From the human T2T-CHM13v2.0 reference genome, Homo sapiens, in assembly GCF_009914755.1 (NCBI RefSeq), contig NC_060930.1: 64,000 nucleotides of DNA; one strand, written 5' to 3'. This document shows positions 46,826 to 64,000 of the stretch, piece after piece. Positions within the stretch are counted from its first letter, which is position 1. Every line of letters starts with the position of its first letter. The notes under the pieces are model-generated. The model was not told the DNA's origin, did no database searches, and saw only the letters and a program-made list of their open reading frames with translations. The translations under genes and the position numbers were made by a program.

Positions 46826-49800
46826 CATACAAAGCCTTGTTCTGCACTGACGAAGGCATTTCTTCTCTAGGTCTCTAGAACTGCAAGTTCTACCATGTTT
46901 GTGAAGCAACCCAGAAAAGTCCCAGTTCAGAATAATTTTCCTCTCCGCTGAACTCCTTTATTGACTCAGTTTGGCATTTCCTTCCCTCCCTCTCTTTCTC
47001 TCTCTCCACTGTCACCACCTCTCTTTTTCATCCTGTAAATGTTAAGACCCTAGATTAGATCTTTTTGGTATTTGCAATTTACAAGCATACCACCCAAAAA
47101 GCAGAAACACTTGAACATATCTTCTATAGTACTAAAGTTGGAAGGAGAACAATTTTGGTCTTTCTAGTCTGCACATCGGTTTGTACTTATTTGTGTGATT
47201 GGCAATATATTTTAATGTAAAGAGTGTAGATTTTGGAGTTTATAAACCAGAGTTTGACTCCAGGCTTCTCATTTACTAACTGTAGGTTTCATGTAAATTG
47301 CTTAACCTTTATAGATGATTTCTCATATATAAAATATGGTTAATAATACATTGCAGCATTAAATAAGGATTAAATGGGGCAACACAAGTAAAATGCCTAG
47401 GATATAATGGACACTCAGTAACATCATATGTAATAACTATCCATGTGTATCTATATACACAAATTTTTCTTTATTTATTTATGATTGCTGAAGAAGAAAA
47501 TATATGCAAAGAGGACAGTGAGCAGTGGGCAGTGGAAGAAGTAGAGGGTCTGATCAGATCTGGAAGACATTTAGACACCATTTCCTTAATATTCTCATTG
47601 TACGGATGAGGAAACAGAGTCTCAGAAGTTTTCTAAGATTTGTCCAAAGTCCTACTTCTCCTTGCTGTATTTTTATGTATACAGATTAGCTTCTTTTCCC
47701 AGAACATGTGATTCTGATGATTAAGATATATCTACTTCGAAGCTTTGTTTCTTCTACCAACATTAGAACTTGGGTCAGTTGGCAAAGAGAGAAGTGTCAA
47801 TAGAAACACTTTCAAGACCAGGCCAAGTAGAATTAGGTTAAGAGAGTACTTGTCAGGGAGATTTGAAAAAAATCACATCATTCTTCCCAAGAGATACAAC
47901 GTGAAACTTGGGAATGTGAACTATTAACCAATGCAAAGAATAAGGAGTGATGGGGATAATCTCCATTCTAATTTTGATATATTATCATAGATGTTATAAT
48001 CTCAGAAATTCATTTAGTGTTGTGTTCTTCATCCATACATGGCTTTGTTATCTAAGTGATATTTTCTCCGTTATTTGAAAAGTCACAATAAATGAAAGAA
48101 GAAGAGTAGAAACAAGGAAAAGAAGAATGTTCAAAGCTTTGTTCACCATTAAATTTAAGTCAAACACCCCACAGGACCTTGACTTGCTCCAACTCATGAC
48201 ACTATTGAAATTTACTCAAAAGAATACTCAGTCTTTTTTTGTGTATGTGATCCAGGATTAGCAGGATTTGTAGATAAAACAGTGATTCGACTTTGTGTTC
48301 ATTTGCCTGTGTATTCAGTACAGCAGGTGTGCCTGTGTTAGGAGACAGAATATATTCCTAAACTCAGAAGGCATGACATAAACATTATGTCCTGAGACCA
48401 ATCACTGCTAAGGTAGAGAAGGGAAAGAAGCCCAAGTAGGTCTTGGGTCCCCAGAAGAGAAGTACAGGAGTCTTGGCAGCTGACATACCTAGTCACGGGG
48501 TGGCTGTTGCGAGAGTAAATCACAGTACATGATTATGTAGGTGAGCCAAATACATGAGGGCAGGAGACAATATTCATGCTTAAGTTACAAAATCACCTCC
48601 AGGAGTCAGCCAGGAATCTTGCCAATCTTCATCTTCCTTCCTTCCCACTATGCACATCCCAGAAAGACTAAAAATCAAGGGAACTGGGCATTCCTGTAAT
48701 TCAGCCTCTTGTCTCCATACTCTTTCCTGTCTTGTACTCTCCAGACTCACGTATATACTGAACGTTCTTCTATTATCTTCCTTACTTGAAATACATATTT
48801 TTTCTTTTTAAACTCAACCATTTAAATTCTTTTACTTAAATTTTTTCTTTGCTTCCTTCTTCCTGTCTTACGTTAGATTATAGAGGTCATATTTCAACTA
48901 TTTTATTACAGTGAAATATTTTTGTTTAAATTGTTTTTCAATAATGGTAAGTAGAATTGTTAAGGTTGTCTTATGTGAAACTAAACAAATATTCACAGAG
49001 AAATGATCATCCAGTTTCATGAAGGGACACATTCAAGAATATTTATGACAACACATTTATAGGCTAGGACTTGGAGGTAATCTTTGTATCTGTCATGGTG
49101 GAAATGGGAAAGTAATGTGGGAAATGCTATCAACAATGGTCTAGATGTTCATGTGCGGCCATGCATAGATCTTAAAGATAGTGCTAAGGAAGTAAGAAAC
49201 AGAGATAACTCTATAGCACAATAAGACTTAAGTAAATTAAAATAAATGCACACAAGAAAATATGTGTTTTTCAGAGAAATGCAAATAAAATGATATATGT
49301 CAAAAATTAAAATGCATGTATATTTAAGGGGAAGACAATGGTAGTGGAGACAGGAATAAATTGATGTCAAAATAAAGAGAAGGCATTTGCATGTGTCAGC
49401 AATAATGCTCCATTTAATGTGATAATAATGTGATGAGTATGGATGAACTCAACTCTCTGTACTTGAGGTTTCAAATAAAAATATGAATACCTTTATTAAG
49501 GGGAATTCTCTAAATGGGGTAGTTGAGAGATGTTTCTGACTAGGCTGGTTTGAATCAGAAATGCTGTTTCCATAAAGGGGCAGACTTGATGCATCCCAAG
49601 AATTGACTTATCTAAAGTCAGATAAGTAACATCTCCTACAGCCAGTAACAACCTTCTTATCTGGCAAATAGATGTAAATATCAACATGATTGTCATCCTG
49701 GCAGGTATTGCTGAGGGCCATGCAGTTTGCATCGTTGTACATAGATATCAAATGCTTGTCCAAAGTAATTTTTTCAGCATTCTATGGGGAGTAACACCTT

Positions 49801-51263
49801 ACATTTGTGCACTTTATATTATTCAAAGCACTTTATTTACAATCCCCTTTGATTCTCCTAAAGTTGGCTGAGTCAGATATTATTATACACTTCACAGATA
49901 AAGACTGTGAAACACAGCATAGCTCAGTGATTGTCCCAATGTCACACAAGTTAGTAGATCTGGTCTAAAACCCATGTCTCTGGAGGAACTGTTATGTTTC
50001 TTTTCTCTCTCCTCATGAGAATATACAGCTAACTGGGTCATGTCTCTTTTTGCTCTATTTCCAGAAAGTTCAGAGCCAGATTTGAAGCTCTTGTGAAAGA
50101 ATTACAACTTCTTATCATCTGCATATTTATGTCCTTTTTGCATTGGTCTTAAACTTTTACTTTTTTCTATTTTTCCTGGTCATAATTATTTATTTCTACT
50201 TATATTTCTACTCTTATATTATTCTAGAGCCACTATAGACTACACTGGACAATTTGTAGAAGAGACGGGAGTATAGATAAATGCATGAATGTAAAGAAAA
50301 GGAAAAAACATCCTCACAACACTAAAATAAAGCATTGCTTCTTGGGAAGAAGATCAGATAATTAGCTGTAATGAGCCTGGCTACATTTAGAAAATCTCTG
50401 TGTTTGGATTATATATGATTTAATTAGTATTTGGACAACTATGATTAATGAGAGGACAAATCTCTAGAACACTATTGAGTAAAAAGGATGATTTTAGATT
50501 TTAAAACTTAGCAAATCAAAATGACCCTAGTTCAGTATGCCTCATTGTGTTACAGGTAAAGAACAGCCATCCAGTGAAATCAACTACTCTGGAGCGGCCT
50601 GGTTTTTGAGCATGAAATTAAGACACTGAGTTTGTGACTTCTGTCCTCCATTTGTTATATGGATTGTCCTTCATATTGGATCATGTGTCCTTGACCCACC
50701 TGTCCAGCTTCATCCCTCTCCTGCCACTTCCCATCTGGCATCTGACATTCCACAGATTCACAAACTTCCTAGCTAATACCCACACTGAGTCCTCTGATAG
50801 ATTCCCTTTCACTACTTCCCCTTACATGCCCAGTTCATGTCATCTCTCTTAAGAAACTTTCTTTGATTTCGGCTCCTTATTGATCAGATTACTCAATCAG
50901 AAGCCGTCTTCTCTATGCTTCATAAGATTTTGAAAATGCCACGATTATTATTGGCTTATTTGTCTCCCCTGATAGATTGTGAACTCCTTAAGTTTTTGGC
51001 TATTACTTGGTCATCTAGGCCCTGATGTGGCCTATTATAGTGCTTGGCTCATATGAGATACCCAGTTTATCTTTCACAATGAGCGAACACAGCTGGTTGA
51101 AAAGATGTCCAATGAGTTGCCACATGCACAGGTCAACAAGACATTTCACCAGGTCACAGTCACATGCTGTTCAGGAATGCTTTCTTTTGGTTTGATCTCT
51201 ACTCCCTGGGCTCCCAATTGTAACAACTTACTGCCTGTTGTTTTTGGCCTCACTTTGGTCCCA

Positions 51264-51523
51264 TTTTTTAATTTTTATTTTTTGAGACAGAGTCTGGCTC
51301 TGTCACCTAGGTTAGGGTGCAGTGGTATGATCTTGGCTCACTGCAACTTCCACTTCCTGGGTTCAAGCGATTCTTCTGCCTCAGCCTCCTGAGTAGCTGA
51401 GACTACAGGTGCTCTTCATTGCTATGCTAATTTTTGTATTTTTCATAGAGACAGGGTTTCACCATGTTGGCCAGGATGGTCTCAAACTTGTAACCTCAAG
51501 TGATGCTCCCACCTCAGCCTCCC
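51264..51523 (-). mobile_element. Alu (S-like), truncated
   Basis: tttgagacagagtctggctctgtc...gggtttcaccatgttggccaggatggtc. Confidence 0.9.
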
Positions 51524-51739
51524 ACCTTTATTTTTTATTTTCCTAATGATTAAGGTTATTTTTAATTTCAAAGCCTAGCTGCTTGCTTTAAGAGTTATTT
51601 TTTGATTGCCACTATTTAATAAAAGCATCTCATATTTTATCTGGCAAAAGATGCAGAGGTCAACCTGATAATCATGTTAAAGGATATATAGGTTTTTAGG
51701 ACATATAAACATCTATATTATATGAAATATGTCTGAAAG

Positions 51740-51911
51740 TACATATGGTTGGCCTTCTATATTTATGGGTTCCACATCATGGATTCAACCAACCACATAT
51801 TGAAAAAACTTGAAAAAATTAACTTATAAAAAATCACAATACAATAAAAATACGAAATTTTAAATACGATATAGTAATGACTTACATAGTCCTTACATTG
51901 TATTAGGTATT
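51740..51911. mobile_element. MER2-like (Tigger) DNA transposon, left part
   Basis: gggttccacatc..tggattcaaccaacc ... ttacattgtattaggtatt. Confidence 0.75.
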
Positions 51912-59104
<7,193 letters not shown>

Positions 59105-59272
59105 TGTATTAGGTATTAAAAGTAATCTAGACATGATTTAAAGTATTTGGGAGGATATGCATAGGTTATATGCAAATACGATGCCATTTTATATAAGGGA
59201 CTTTAGCATCTGCAGATTTTATCTGTAGAAGTCCTGGAACCAATCTCCCATGGATACCAAGGAATGATTATA
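59105..59272. mobile_element. MER2-like element, right part
   Basis: aagtaatctagacatgatttaaagtat..gggaggat..ataggttatatgcaaatac...cctggaaccaatc...ggataccaagg. Confidence 0.8.
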
Positions 59273-59470
59273 CATATATATGTATTATATATGTGTGTGT
59301 ATATATACATATATGTGTATTATATATTATATATAATACATATATGTACATATACACATGTATATTATATGTATATGTACATATATGTATACATATATAA
59401 TATATAATACATATATGTATATATGTTCACACAGTATACTGATATAGATGTATATGTATGTATGTGTATT
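59270..59470. repeat. AT-rich (TA/CATA)n low-complexity quasi-palindrome
   Basis: read directly. Confidence 0.85.
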
Positions 59471-59649
59471 TTTATTATACAATATGATTTCTATGATAAG
59501 CTCTTAAGTGTCAAAATTGAGCTTTAGCTGAACCTTTAAGTTTCACTCTCTTAATATGAAATAAATTTGAATCCTTTACAGAAAACCTAGAGATAAATAC
59601 CAGTTTTTAAAAAGTCATGCTTGTTATTATGCATGTGTGCATCCCTTCA

Positions 59650-60175
59650 TTATGCAAACATTTATTGACTCCAGAAGTAGAATAAATGCTGCGATACAAA
59701 AATAAGACAGACAATATCTGTGTCCAGAAAGATAATGGGAGCACAGCAGGAGCTGATGGTAGAGTTGGGTGTAGAGTCCAGACATGAAGGACTGTGTATA
59801 TCATGCTAAGGAGATGGTTCTTTTCCTGTCACCAATGGGGAATTTTTAAAGCCTTTGAAGCAGGATAGACACAAGATCTTGTCTCTATTTGTACTTTAAA
59901 ATGTTCTAATTCTTTGAGAAAAATGGAATAGTGGAGATATAAACCAGTAGATTATTGCTAAAGGCCAGGAGGGAGGTAGTGAGAGCTTAAACTATGGCAG
60001 TGGATAAGGGATGGAGAGGAAAGGATAGATTAAGTAAATAAGTAAAATAAACAGAATGGTCACTGTAAGTGAAGAAGATGGAAAAGGGAAATGCCTAGGG
60101 CAGTTACTGGTTTCTAGCTGGGCATTGTGGGAGTGACATTTATGGGAAAAGGGAACACAGAAGACCAAAATGAAA
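59650..60175. mobile_element. L2 fragment
   Basis: caaacatttattgact; gtttctagctgggca..tgggagtgacatt. Confidence 0.5.
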
Positions 60176-60679
60176 TAAGAATTCATATGTAAAAGTAACT
60201 ACCTCACATAAGTAGTTATGTGTGAAAGTAGAAATACTGTCACTTATCATCATTATTTAAAAGTCAAGGTCCTGAAAATAACACTTTAAACTACACTTAA
60301 TTTGACTGTAAGAGAGTGTATAATGTTTCTTTAGTCAGGCTATGTGTTTTGCCTTTCTATTCTTGGACACAAATATATTGTTGAAGTCAGAAGTTGAGGC
60401 TGAAAAATGGCTTGAGTCTAACTCTTCTGAATTTCAGCGTGCTATGCTGCTGTCTATGCTGGTTACTATCAATATGGTGACCACTGGGTCTGGTAATGCA
60501 CCAAACTACTGAAAGTGCAACTGGTTAGTTAGAAGTAATAGAATTCCTCACTGCCCCCCGCTCCACCCACCCACACACAAACTTAATGATTTAAAGCTTT
60601 GCCAGTCAACCATTTTGCAAATGTAGGTTATACAAAAAATCCAAGTTGAATAAGTGTATGAATGGCCAATACAAAAAAA

Positions 60680-60892
60680 GATAGTAATGGCTAAAATGTA
60701 TTGAGCCCCTACTATATGCCAGGTGCTATTCTAAATATTCTCAATTAACCTTCACAAGTCATGGAGTTAGTGACTACTATACTCCTCATTTTGAAGATGG
60801 GGAAACTGAATCACAAGCTTACCCAAGGCCATCTGCAAGTAGGTTCAAGCTAGTATAATATAATACCAGATCCTGAACTCTTAACCGTTATA
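60680..60892 (-). mobile_element. MIR
   Basis: tattgagcccctactatatgccaggtgct...cattttgaagatggggaaactga. Confidence 0.75.
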
Positions 60893-60935
60893 CTAAAATG
60901 TAGTGAATAATGACCTCCTAATAAAGAGTAAAAAG

Positions 60936-64000
<3,065 letters not shown>

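Noticed and set aside
46900-51250. Possible unannotated gene or enhancer in relatively repeat-poor intergenic DNA
   Set aside because: No coherent exon chain, CpG island or recognisable ORF; conservation and chromatin data would be needed

Overview
Mammalian DNA, almost certainly human, from the TTK/MPS1 locus. Bases 122-30.9k hold the last 16 coding exons of the spindle-checkpoint kinase TTK on the + strand; I assembled them by GT-AG/phase logic and they translate continuously to the C-terminal ...KTFEKKRGKK*. The introns are full of Alu, L1M, L2, MIR, MER58, MaLR and one degraded ERV. Downstream lie a full-length degenerate L1PA element (-, ~36.45-42.9k) with an internal AluY and an apparent 3' transduction, and a full-length ~7.2-kb processed pseudogene of ARHGAP21 (-, 51.9-59.1k) inserted into a MER2 with a 13-bp TSD. 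An old L1 occupies the right edge. I found no novel multi-gene system. The best observations are: (1) the ARHGAP21 retrocopy froze a 77-nt stop-containing (poison-like) exon inside the PDZ domain, and a 1-nt deletion just downstream opens a ~630-codon ATG ORF; (2) a ~180-bp local duplicate of a TTK kinase-exon donor junction sits in the upstream intron and defines a candidate 61-nt poison exon; (3) the L1 carries an LTR-derived polyadenylated tail and has no TSD; (4) the intronic ERV has a PBS matching elongator tRNA-Met. Repeat subfamily names and boundaries are by-eye estimates, and exon numbers assume a 22-exon TTK model recalled from memory.
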